DNA of 41,970 bases from Bdellovibrionota bacterium. GTDB lineage: Bacteria > Bdellovibrionota > UBA1018 > UBA923. Where the stretch lies: the NCBI GenBank assembly GCA_040754655.1, contig JBFMCE010000025.1, positions 1 to 41,970 of the forward strand, read 5' to 3'. The position numbers and the translations under genes were made by a program. The notes beneath the pieces are model-generated. The model was not told the DNA's origin, made no database searches, and worked only from the letters and a program-made list of their open reading frames with translations. Positions 20,601 to 27,470 of the stretch are shown piece by piece. Within the stretch, counting starts at the first letter, position 1; each line of letters starts with the position of its first letter.

Positions 20601-20621
20601 ATTTCTCGGGGGCGCTTATGA
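14664..20621 (+). CDS. Giant secreted protein: class II nucleotidyltransferase-like domain, PARP-like ADP-ribosyltransferase domain, three ~480-aa repeats
   Basis: Signal peptide ending AHA; SGGVVR...SDFDILV; TLDFLAFDLEGGNFVEP; VYHGT...GTSAYHRGAYSS...AQSY; FPWD-initiated repeats at 16638, 18060 and 19527. Start taken as ATG 14664 (ORF track uses TTG 14643). Confidence 0.75.
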   Translation: MTTRPLSAIFKRGFLIAFFTLLLLSTAHAQHKVFEGLAEFPNYFLSKEFRALSLDEIERLPTAARTRYENEVKQVREQLAKTLTSIFNRVTVPLVPIGSNKPKMLRYFPYLTGELRKIDPTVKVMPSGGVVRAALSYLYKELYDRNERGIEVNLIEFLKQIEKDSKDLPGIEIRGVGSDFDILVETASGMLDKVKGKATNITNSAEEAYEFVNERGGLKRSLFVIGDVKEYGAQTDLSTRQGGSTLDFLAFDLEGGNFVEPQKYRTIIDDFIKGFYSYEAPHDIVLDAPKQTIRGGRPLLELPFLRIKDDAVLKGELVDLLKKIESGEEISHKAIEQFDKMVRNARYSGARNRMYRAKPGSIDELFFKVAMGLSKKVGRVLLPEFVDQNPIRLRSFKKSELNGLPASLLTPVDEFVKEFTKDGSGTVYHGTPSTENGIAILRQGIFISKTGQGTSAYHRGAYSSPDLSVAQSYGRGDGIVFELKIKNDKRVNILDWEKAKDDLWMKALIAEKGGNIDHVFETLARKHGIDVIINHHVLIQNADAFEIHGGLGSLINAYRLAAMNKTGSIKARLSAFRSFQKLRQYTFALGEDVADIPIEGLLEEVVAQRKGFKELFEGLLDEDFSFARQSIRQSKKLKSLLRTGIVAVWPLPYLQIENFPWDIDDPEDVALLKKIDQRYPRNSAPPIKAIRSQLVGLEGLRENNIAPEMITDPELREDFKRARSLSTRRDYLEQALKKMFEQDPVRFLELFPGKDEEYKLPDAMGVELLKKIAKKSRKKLTHKDLVLIDHLTRRGYRTTVVDLLTARKEARDQTIASLKSSRKQGTRTVIEILGLLSQYPKDRTYQEASENLIRELKSDPKWRAEIRDWFLDQGDLFEGSIYSGAQGWKRFPWDLSDANDVRVLREALSNREQKKRRYLDVLLELRQKEGHSFSISEGEPHKTVSTDLIYNPKLKEEYIEAKADYVTSGSQGRKGWVDQVLEHLSQTQPKKYQEHFSEGKKALFESHRWNYWTEIVRKFNEHGEKALNAEERKVFRELLNRPLVQADYSLYHLLVVSDGRAREKILNRVKSFSAHDQVDVILFLLDDDKAKKVVFAALKRTKSFSEIKKSMRLQLKQKLDANIADDSTAYSKFPWDMNDLEDVAFVKHAQKKYSTPSERSLDAVAVQIKSRQSEFFGVQPKQMPPEKVIDRTLREQLVLAQRQHKVSNQVNAILKQFSEQDLNQFIREFPSTALKVEVLPSFSAPLLAKSKKGSRAKITQEDLNLIDYLVRNEDTSSLIHFLNGRPEIQNHVLRSLKEFGQNGVKIAIRILSGNNEIKGVEARVAFENSAIQRLVRALKEDQEWRAQVRFYFFSQGDTWDHEFQLSNQFQGWKNFPWNLNDPNDLEVLRVASSDREEKRKRYIEVLGELKEKEGLPFDLHFEHPSRTPNPKEVYDPGLKRRYIRAKIEYYLSQSSESEGVAGRILQHLAAKHPKEYKRHFGFQHKPISRDTYNWKWWESLIQKLNEGTEKALSKDELKVLQSLVKQPLRYDTAQIYELLIKEGGRAQKLALQRLERFSDPDDVKLVLYLLRGGMAKGSASETVELALKNSKRYPEIKSRMRKRLYAVTEIEQRYDWNDFREFPWDVNDPQDVKFLKEVSSRFSEVPPRSLETISHRIGVLQPEVAPMGPQYIAPEVVIDPVLREELRREQRRERVLSRVGGALNKMLFQDPDRFIELFPIPESTRGLPVERYQIFFEKIKKQNADPLNSHDLALADYLVRRQEISSIASLLTSREEIRDQALKSLKTLKGDALAVIIEILGETKVSNDEARAVLFKALNGDKAWRAEIRDAFFTKADPWRLERRFQEEVSGWKNFPWDLDDPDDVEVLTEANLDGAKKERRYLDVLAEMKQREGHSFTINEDGVPYKTAELEHVYDLDLRERYRRAKAEYYLARVGEKKGVAARVLDHLAQSQPEKYKRGFSVGRRAGKGCVERVNINLISRGRL
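16638..20545 (+). repeat. Three diverged intragenic repeats (474 aa, 489 aa and a truncated third unit)
   Basis: Recurring FPWDxxDxxDV, PExxxDxxLRE, DLxLxDxL, WRAxxRxxF, GWKxFPWxLxDxxD, RYxxVLxExxxKEG, LxHLxxxxPxxY. Confidence 0.92.
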
Positions 20622-23600
20622 AGGAGCGTCTTTTTACTCAGATCTGCGCTTTTCTTTTTCTGGCTTCAACCTCGTCCGTGTCTGTTTGGGCGGAATCCCA
20701 AGAGCGCCAAGCAAACCTTCGGGGTGCGATGTGCTCAGTCGGTAAAGTAGCGAGCAATCTCGTTAAACGATTTGAGCTCGAAATGGCCATTCTCTCAGGC
20801 AATCCAGAGAAATGGGCAAAGGTGGCCAAATCCTACCTTGATTCTGGCGAGAGAGAGAAAGCTTCAGCCATCTATGCCGAAGCTGGGATGTGGGAAGAGG
20901 CAGCAAGGGCGCTTTTCGAAGTGCCTCACCGGGGCCCTGACGTGGTGAAGTACTACCTTAAGGCAAATAAAATCGATTTTGCAATTGATGCTTATAGAAT
21001 CGTCAACGCCGACGCAGAGGACTTGCCTCATCTACGTGATTTAAAGTTAGAGATTGAAGAGATTGCAGATCGTTTCGAGCGTCTGAAAGCGTTGAATCGC
21101 GCCGCTGAGACTCATAGGGTTTTGGGTAATTTTGAAAAGGCGGCAAGCCTATTCATGAAGGCGCATGATCCGGTTTCGGCTGCCAGAGCATATCTGGATG
21201 CACGCAAACCAGATCTCGCCGTTAGCGTTGTTCGCAAAGCCTTAAGTTCAGGCAAGCAGTATGAAAACCTGTCCCAAGACTATCTTCGAGCGTTTTTGGG
21301 AAGTTGTTTGTTGGAGACTGGCCAGAAGAGTGAAGCCGCCGAGCATTTTCGAGCAGGGCGCTACTGGGCAGAGTACGGCCATCTTTTAGAAGAGATGGGA
21401 AGAGCGGAAGAGTTCGTCTCAATCCTCAAGAACGAGCGCGCAAAAAAGCCGGCGGATCTCGCTAAAATCAACGACGTGCTGGTCGGGGTCTATAGTCGCC
21501 AGAAAAGATATGAAGAGGCTGCTGAGCTTTTTCTGGAGCAAGGCAATCCTTTGATGGCGGCACACTATCTAGGAAAAGCGGGTGAGTTCGAAAAGCAGGG
21601 CCGTGTGCTCGAAGCAGCCAAAGAATATGACGAAGCCGTGCGGGCCTATTTGATGGCGAGCGGCGGAAAAAAAGCCTTCGACGACGACATCAAACGGGTC
21701 ATTGATCTGATCGAGCACGAGCAGATCGAAGTGTTTCAGTTCGACCAGTCGCAACCTTCCTCAACACTCTCGCGCACGGACCTGAAAAGGCTTGAAACAT
21801 ACGCGGAGTCGGTTCTGCGAGGCAGAGAAATACAGTTTCATCATCTAGAGACAGGGCTCGGAAAAACGGATGTTCGCACCTTGATTGGACATTTCTTGAA
21901 GGGCCGTACTGACAGAGGCGGGCTATTTCGATTGATCGAAGGAAGGCCCGTTTACGTGATCGACGCGGCTCCGAAATTAGCGCATAAAGGGCGGTCGTCG
22001 CCGGCCGATACGCCTTTTTTTGCGCATCCGGAGTTTGCTAAGGCGTTAAACCAGCTGAGACTGAAAGATTACAAGCTTGCGGTTGATCCCTCGTTAGATT
22101 GGTCGGGGCATCGAGCAAGGGCATATGTGGATCCTGAACAGAACTTGGTTTTTGTTTCTTCTCAAACAACCTGGAAAGACCTCTTGCAGTTGGTGAGGTT
22201 CGCAAGCTCTTCTGATGCGCGTTTGAAAGACAGAGATTCCTTTTTTGAGCTTCCCAATCTACGGCACAAGCCCAGGGAGAGAGCAGTATCGGCTGAACGC
22301 ACGGGCGATCTTGAAACTGCAGCTAGAATTCACGAAGGTATTGGCAATATTGAAAAGGCTGGCGACCTTTACACCAAGGCTGGCTTTACGGACGAGGCCG
22401 AACGTGTATACAAAGAAGCTCTGCGTAACCGGGCTGGAAACCCTCATGTCTTGAAACGAAAGCTCTACAAGGTGCGCGAACACATAGCGACTCAAAAGGT
22501 AAAGATCAGACCCTCGTGGAGTTTACGTGCTCCCCCAGAGGTCGAAGTCACATTGGATCAGCTCACTCTTGCCTCTCGGCGAACAGAAGAGATGCTTAAG
22601 TCAAAGCAACTCAAGTCTAAAAAGCTTGAAAAGTCACCAGACTTTTTTCCAATCATATTGGGCTATGTCGACGAATCTCAGCCTCGGTTGGTTCGAAGAG
22701 CCCTAGAAAAACTTGTGCTTTTTGAGATTGATCTGTCTTCCGTAGGACTTGGTGGCTCGTCTACGAGCCTTGATCAAGCTTGGTACTTGCACCCCGAGGC
22801 GCGCAACGTCATTGCCGAAATGCAGGCTGCAGGCGTTCGGTTTTTCATAGACCCTTCTCTTGATCTGCCTGGCATCACTACCAGCGGGTACTATGACGCG
22901 GGAAAGAAGTTTGTTGCGCTCAAGGCAGAGGCAGATGCAAAAACCTTGTTCCATGAGTATCGGCACTTTCGGCGTTGGTTGGCGTATGAGCGCGCGGGGT
23001 TAGATCCTACGCGGATTTTTCGCGGAGAGAAGCCTCTTCAGTTCTTATCAAAACCTTTGCCAAAAGAAGTGACTGGCGAAGACCTTGCGATCTTGCGTGA
23101 AGAAGCAAAAATCTATCGTGAAACCGGAGCCTCAAACACAGCCATTGACGAAAAGGGGGCAGTGGCTGAGGTACTGCGCCGGCTGCGAAAGAAAAAATAC
23201 TTGCCATGGTCAAGGACCTATCTTGAAACCAAGAGCTACGATCTTGAATGGCAGGTTTTTGAGCTCAAAAGGCTTCTTAAGGAGCAACCCAACCATCCGC
23301 TCTCAAAAAAGCGCAGGTTTGCTTTGGCAAAGGCTGAAGCTGAACAGGTGCGTTTACGGTTTGAATTCGATCAATTAGAATCGTTCAAAGCGAAAAAAGA
23401 GCGTTTGTGGGCGACAGGGCAGATGACGCCTAAAAAGTGGAATAAGCTTCGCAGGTCAGGGTACCAACCAGTGAGCCAGGCCTTTTTGCGGCATCGACAG
23501 ATTTATCTGTCTCAGCTTTATGACCGCTTAATAGGGATTCCTAGCTCAGAGCGAGACGCGCGTTATTATCAGACGCTAGCTCGTACAGTGGTAGAAGATG

Positions 23601-23878
23601 TATTTTGGTACGGGTTCGAGGCTGCCAAGCGCAACCCATTGCGCGCCCTTTCAGATGTAGCGACGGTAGTGCCGTTCTATGCTGTTATTTATTCCGGGGG
23701 CATGCCCATTGTCGTGTTTGAAAATGAACAAGGCGAGCTAGAAGAATACTCAGCGGCGCGTGCGCTAGAAGACTTGCTTCGCAAAGGCGGTGATGGCGTT
23801 ATCGCGCCAGAAGATCGACGCCAGCTCGACCTTGCTTTGAAAGAACTCGAATCACTTGGCTTGCCTGAGTCGCCGTGA
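20618..23878 (+). CDS. Secreted TPR/SNAP-like repeat protein with HEXXH zincin-like domain
   Basis: ATGA overlap with the upstream stop; signal peptide; repeated EKAAxxYxxAG helices; SGYYDAGKKFVAL...TLFHEYRHF, later DEKGA. Confidence 0.8.
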   Translation: MKERLFTQICAFLFLASTSSVSVWAESQERQANLRGAMCSVGKVASNLVKRFELEMAILSGNPEKWAKVAKSYLDSGEREKASAIYAEAGMWEEAARALFEVPHRGPDVVKYYLKANKIDFAIDAYRIVNADAEDLPHLRDLKLEIEEIADRFERLKALNRAAETHRVLGNFEKAASLFMKAHDPVSAARAYLDARKPDLAVSVVRKALSSGKQYENLSQDYLRAFLGSCLLETGQKSEAAEHFRAGRYWAEYGHLLEEMGRAEEFVSILKNERAKKPADLAKINDVLVGVYSRQKRYEEAAELFLEQGNPLMAAHYLGKAGEFEKQGRVLEAAKEYDEAVRAYLMASGGKKAFDDDIKRVIDLIEHEQIEVFQFDQSQPSSTLSRTDLKRLETYAESVLRGREIQFHHLETGLGKTDVRTLIGHFLKGRTDRGGLFRLIEGRPVYVIDAAPKLAHKGRSSPADTPFFAHPEFAKALNQLRLKDYKLAVDPSLDWSGHRARAYVDPEQNLVFVSSQTTWKDLLQLVRFASSSDARLKDRDSFFELPNLRHKPRERAVSAERTGDLETAARIHEGIGNIEKAGDLYTKAGFTDEAERVYKEALRNRAGNPHVLKRKLYKVREHIATQKVKIRPSWSLRAPPEVEVTLDQLTLASRRTEEMLKSKQLKSKKLEKSPDFFPIILGYVDESQPRLVRRALEKLVLFEIDLSSVGLGGSSTSLDQAWYLHPEARNVIAEMQAAGVRFFIDPSLDLPGITTSGYYDAGKKFVALKAEADAKTLFHEYRHFRRWLAYERAGLDPTRIFRGEKPLQFLSKPLPKEVTGEDLAILREEAKIYRETGASNTAIDEKGAVAEVLRRLRKKKYLPWSRTYLETKSYDLEWQVFELKRLLKEQPNHPLSKKRRFALAKAEAEQVRLRFEFDQLESFKAKKERLWATGQMTPKKWNKLRRSGYQPVSQAFLRHRQIYLSQLYDRLIGIPSSERDARYYQTLARTVVEDVFWYGFEAAKRNPLRALSDVATVVPFYAVIYSGGMPIVVFENEQGELEEYSAARALEDLLRKGGDGVIAPEDRRQLDLALKELESLGLPESP

Positions 23879-23882
23879 TGCT

Positions 23883-25310
23883 TCAAGGCACCCACGAATA
23901 CATGAAACCTAAAACACCATTGAGACGGTGATAAGCATACGTCTCAGGAATCGATGAGTCATAATCAAGATAAGTTGAATCAAAGATCAAAGTGAAGCTC
24001 TGTCCCACGGGCAAAAGAAAAGCGGCGTGGAGCTGGATCATGTGATCGTGGCGCGGGTTCTCGTTTGAAGTAAAATCAGTGAGCTGATATTGCGCGCTCG
24101 CGAGTGCTCGTGCGTTACCATTGAATTCAAAGATGAGCCCCGCCTCAAAAGCGTTGACTGTGGCTGACTGCGCGTCAGCGCGCGTTTCATTTCGATCAAA
24201 GCTGTATCTTCCAAAGGGTTTAAAAGGAAGATTCTTGTTGGAGTAGGTGAGTTTCAAGGAAAGGCCATGCTCTGTGCCGTTTAGGTCTGAGGCATCAGGT
24301 ACGATGACGTCTGAGTAATGATTTCTCTTGAGTGAGTAGTTGAAATCAAAATGATAATCCCTCGAAACGAGCGCGCTGAACCCCAACTGTGGTCCGTGCA
24401 CTTGATGGTGTTGTCTAAATTGCTCGCCATCCCTGAGCATCTGGGCATAATCATATCGGAAAGAAAACTCAGAGTTCCCTGTGTTCCACCATGAAAGCCA
24501 GAGAGAAGGAGTCATGGCGATATGATCGAGGTCTCTGAGTTCAGCTCGTGCAAAGCGTTTATAAAGGGTTTTGAAGTCAGCTCCGTACATCCAGCGACGC
24601 TGTGGGCTTGAGTGGGTGCCCAATGCAAGCATCGCATTTTGGGTGACGCCCTTTTCATTTCTTAAGCCATAGCTGGCATAACGGTCTGTGGTGATGTTCG
24701 CCAGGTCTGAGTCATAGTGCAAAAACAATGCACCGTCGACTTGATGGCTGAAGGCATCTGGCCATCTTGAGGCGATAAGATACATCTCGTCTCTGGTGCG
24801 GAAGCGCGTGTTGTCGAGTTGCGAAGGAGAGCTGAGGGGAAAGCCAAGCCGCTCATACATTTGCGGGAGTTGGTAGCGTTGTGGCCTGACCATTGTCGCT
24901 CGATTTGAAGCGGTTTTCAGACGGGCGTCATTTGAGTTTGAAGGCGATTCAGGAAGTCCGTTGTATTGAGAAGCGGGAGGGGTTGATCCTGATATTGCAC
25001 CTCTTTTGGCTGCGTCAAATTCCGGTTTTTTGTCTCTTGTAGGATCTCCGTGGTCTCTTGCGCGTTCACGCCGGCCCTGCGGTTCTTTTTTTCGTTGTTC
25101 AAGTCTTTGCAGGTAGTCTTTGGCGGTTTGAGAGTCAGAGTCCCAGTTCAGCGATTGATTGAACAGATCTTGGGATTCATCAAAACGGCGGTCATCGAAT
25201 GCTCGAACCCCTTTCTCACGAAGGGCCTCGGCCTGTTTTGAGGCAGGTGTGTCTTGAGCGTAAACTCCAACGCAAAATGCATAGAGAAAAACAACCCAAA
25301 CGATTGGCAC
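23883..25310 (-). CDS. Outer-membrane beta-barrel protein with N-terminal TPR
   Basis: Signal peptide; TPR-like GVRAFDDRRFDES...AKDYL; alternating aromatic beta-strands; C-terminal GFMYSW. Confidence 0.75.
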   Translation of the reverse strand: MPIVWVVFLYAFCVGVYAQDTPASKQAEALREKGVRAFDDRRFDESQDLFNQSLNWDSDSQTAKDYLQRLEQRKKEPQGRRERARDHGDPTRDKKPEFDAAKRGAISGSTPPASQYNGLPESPSNSNDARLKTASNRATMVRPQRYQLPQMYERLGFPLSSPSQLDNTRFRTRDEMYLIASRWPDAFSHQVDGALFLHYDSDLANITTDRYASYGLRNEKGVTQNAMLALGTHSSPQRRWMYGADFKTLYKRFARAELRDLDHIAMTPSLWLSWWNTGNSEFSFRYDYAQMLRDGEQFRQHHQVHGPQLGFSALVSRDYHFDFNYSLKRNHYSDVIVPDASDLNGTEHGLSLKLTYSNKNLPFKPFGRYSFDRNETRADAQSATVNAFEAGLIFEFNGNARALASAQYQLTDFTSNENPRHDHMIQLHAAFLLPVGQSFTLIFDSTYLDYDSSIPETYAYHRLNGVLGFMYSWVP

Positions 25311-25388
25311 GGTCTCATTCTACCCGGCAATTGCGAGAGGGCAAACGTTTTTAATCGAGAGAGCAAGGTTGGTGGGAGGGGCGTCTTT

Positions 25389-25532
25389 GGGGTGTTTCCG
25401 CGCGATTTCTCGTGGTGAGGTCTTGTGGCGATTTCCCGTGTGCGGTTTCCCCGCGTGAGCTACTCGCGCCGTACTGTTGCGTACTTTCTCAGTACAGCTT
25501 CTCTGTGCGGCTTCTCCGTGCAGTTGTGTGGT
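25389..25532 (+). repeat. Degenerate 13-nt tandem repeat, about 11 units
   Basis: GCGATTTCTCGTG (25402), GCGATTTCCCGTG (25428), GCGGTTTCCCCGC (25442), GTACTTTCTCAGT (25481), ACAGCTTCTCTGT (25494), GCGGCTTCTCCGT (25507). Confidence 0.65.
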
Positions 25533-25920
25533 TTTTGTGTCGTGTTTTTTGCCAAAGGTCTCCTCTCTCGCAATCGTGTTGAATTTGTGTCGTATGAATC
25601 AGCTCTATTGGGTTTAGAGAAGTTCGCTTCCGCAGAGCGTGTTTGGGAAGTTTGGAGCTTCTCCAGCGGATCGATCGGGCAGTTAGAGCCCGATGTTGAT
25701 TTTAAAGAGAAAAATCAACTACACCTATTTTATAGACTGATCGCTCCGCCGGCGAAGTTGATCACTTCCCAGGCACCCTCCAGAGAAGCTCTAGTGCGTG
25801 TCCTCAAACAGAAGAGGCCCAACAAAAGCAACACAGTTGCTTGATCGAGGGTTAATATCCGCGCGGACAAGGGCCACACAAAGACAACACAATTGCACAG
25901 GTGTGTGCGCAAGCACACAT
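25518..25920 (+). other. Long nested imperfect inverted repeat; candidate structured ncRNA or non-autonomous element
   Basis: 25518-25540 pairs with 25876-25898 (20/23); 25570-25588 with 25822-25840; 25635-25676 with 25739-25780 (31/42, ungapped); three apical hairpins; GCAA-tetraloop hairpin at 25901-25920. Confidence 0.6.
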
Positions 25921-25988
25921 TAACGAACGACCACTAAATCGATTTCGTTGGTAGAAGGTGCCAGAATATTTGAATAACACTGTCGGCC

Positions 25989-27173
25989 ATGTTAAGAGCC
26001 ATCAAAACCCCGGCGAAGGAGCAATTCTTGTTTAGTAAAGTCAGCCTTTTAGTTGCGGTTCTGTTGGCATCGACGGCTTTAAGTTACGCCAGTCAATCTC
26101 AAAAAGGACCGAACTGCGAGCGCGCTCTTGTGAAAACCCAAGAGGTTCTTAACCTCTACAAGCGATTAGCGCTATCGAGGGGGGTGAGTGAACAAGATTT
26201 CAATAGAGTCGTCAATCCCGAGAACTTCGAGATCGCTATCTTAGAAAAGGGCACTTACAAGGTAGCTGAGTCCGAGGTGGACCTCGTCGAAATCGAGGGC
26301 GCGCCCCCACCTGAAAAGTTTCGAGATGCCATTTTAACCCATTCCATTGAAGTGGCGCTTTGGCCCGAGACCCAGCTTCAATGGTTCTCGGTCACTGGAG
26401 AGAACCCTTCTCGATTCCGGTACTTTAGTGCCAAAAATCGTGACGGGAACGACGGTGATCAGATCATTGTGGATGGCAAGCATCATTTGGCGAATCACCC
26501 GGTTGAACAAGTCACATGGTGGTCAGTCATTGAGTATGCCAATAGAAAGTCAAAGCTCATGGGTTTGAAGCCCGCTTATGACACGAGCGGCATTCAGTTT
26601 AGTGGGCGTTTTGAAGAGGGTAGTTTGTATGCCGTAAGCGGAGCTGAAAACCTAAAGATAAATGCGCCCAACGGCGATATCTATCGAGCAGAAGGGTTTA
26701 GGCTCCCCACCGTGATGGAGTGGGAGGTCTTTGCGCGTGCGGGAGCAGAGACGGGATACTTTCCTTTCGAGATCCCTCTTGAGTTTTTATCTAAAAAACA
26801 CTCTGATCATTCTGCGAAGATGTACAAGATCATGCACGTGCTTGATAAACATGCCTGGTTTTCTCATAACACCCATACCACTCGTGCCGTAGGTCAAAAG
26901 CTTGCCAATGCGCTTGGCTTGCGAGACGTGCTTGGAAATGTCTTTGAGATGCTTTGGGATGCGCATGAGGGCAAAAGCTATCCCGAAGATATTTTGCTAG
27001 CGGATTATGCAGGTCCGCCTCCTAATCATTCCGATCCTATTTGGGCCATGCGTGGCGGTTCATACCACCATCACTTTGATCGTCTCACCGTGAATCAAAG
27101 CTCGTGGACCTGGCAGCAGCAATTTCCATGGGTAGGTTTTCGACTGGTACGGACGATTGATCCGACAATGTAA
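25989..27173 (+). CDS. Secreted FGE-sulfatase (SUMF1-like, CLec fold) domain protein
   Basis: HPVEQVTW, FRLPTVMEWEVFARAG, NALGLRDVLGNVFE, RGGSY...VGFRLVR; signal peptide; no FGE catalytic cysteines. Confidence 0.9.
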   Translation: MLRAIKTPAKEQFLFSKVSLLVAVLLASTALSYASQSQKGPNCERALVKTQEVLNLYKRLALSRGVSEQDFNRVVNPENFEIAILEKGTYKVAESEVDLVEIEGAPPPEKFRDAILTHSIEVALWPETQLQWFSVTGENPSRFRYFSAKNRDGNDGDQIIVDGKHHLANHPVEQVTWWSVIEYANRKSKLMGLKPAYDTSGIQFSGRFEEGSLYAVSGAENLKINAPNGDIYRAEGFRLPTVMEWEVFARAGAETGYFPFEIPLEFLSKKHSDHSAKMYKIMHVLDKHAWFSHNTHTTRAVGQKLANALGLRDVLGNVFEMLWDAHEGKSYPEDILLADYAGPPPNHSDPIWAMRGGSYHHHFDRLTVNQSSWTWQQQFPWVGFRLVRTIDPTM

Positions 27174-27260
27174 GAAAGCAGGCTCGTTTTCGTTCATTGT
27201 TTGGGCTACGCCCTTTTTGAAGTGGTTTCGGAAGCTGTGACGTGGATTGAAGTGAATAAG

Positions 27261-27347
27261 TGGTGGCTCTCCCGAGACTCGAACTCGGACACCCGTGAGG
27301 ATACTGGATTTTGAGTCCAGCGCGTCTACCAATTCCACCAGAGAGCC
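27261..27347 (-). tRNA. tRNA-Leu(CAA)
   Basis: Acceptor GGCTCTC/GAGAGCC plus ACCA; D-loop TTGGTAGAC; anticodon arm CTGGA-CTCAAAA-TCCAG; long variable arm; GTTCGAGTC T-loop. Confidence 0.97.
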
Positions 27348-27470
27348 ATCATAGAAATTGTCAAAGAAAGACTTCAGAACAATTACCGAATCGAAGAGCC
27401 CGCGTCAAGGGTAAGGAACTTAAGCTGTGTCAAAAGTGTGGCCTTATTTTCGTGCCTGGCTGCGAGGGCC

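Noticed and set aside
25425..25844. 139-aa ORF in the intergenic region
   Set aside because: No RBS or recognisable motif; it spans a 13-nt-period repeat and the nested inverted repeat. A short real CDS cannot be fully excluded.
25389..25900. Possible CRISPR array
   Set aside because: Repeats are degenerate, partly inverted and lack regular unique spacers; no cas genes in the window
25518..25920. tmRNA, RNase P RNA or SRP RNA
   Set aside because: No tRNA-like ends, no GAGGAAAGUCC motif and no SRP loop motif seen on either strand
20570..26130. Lone Cys near the mature termini of several secreted proteins (KGCVERV, AMCSVG, PNCERAL) as a shared export tag
   Set aside because: Too short and variable to distinguish from chance without a proteome-wide motif search
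27060..27338. 92-aa minus-strand ORF (MELVDALDSKSS...)
   Set aside because: Translation of the tRNA-Leu gene
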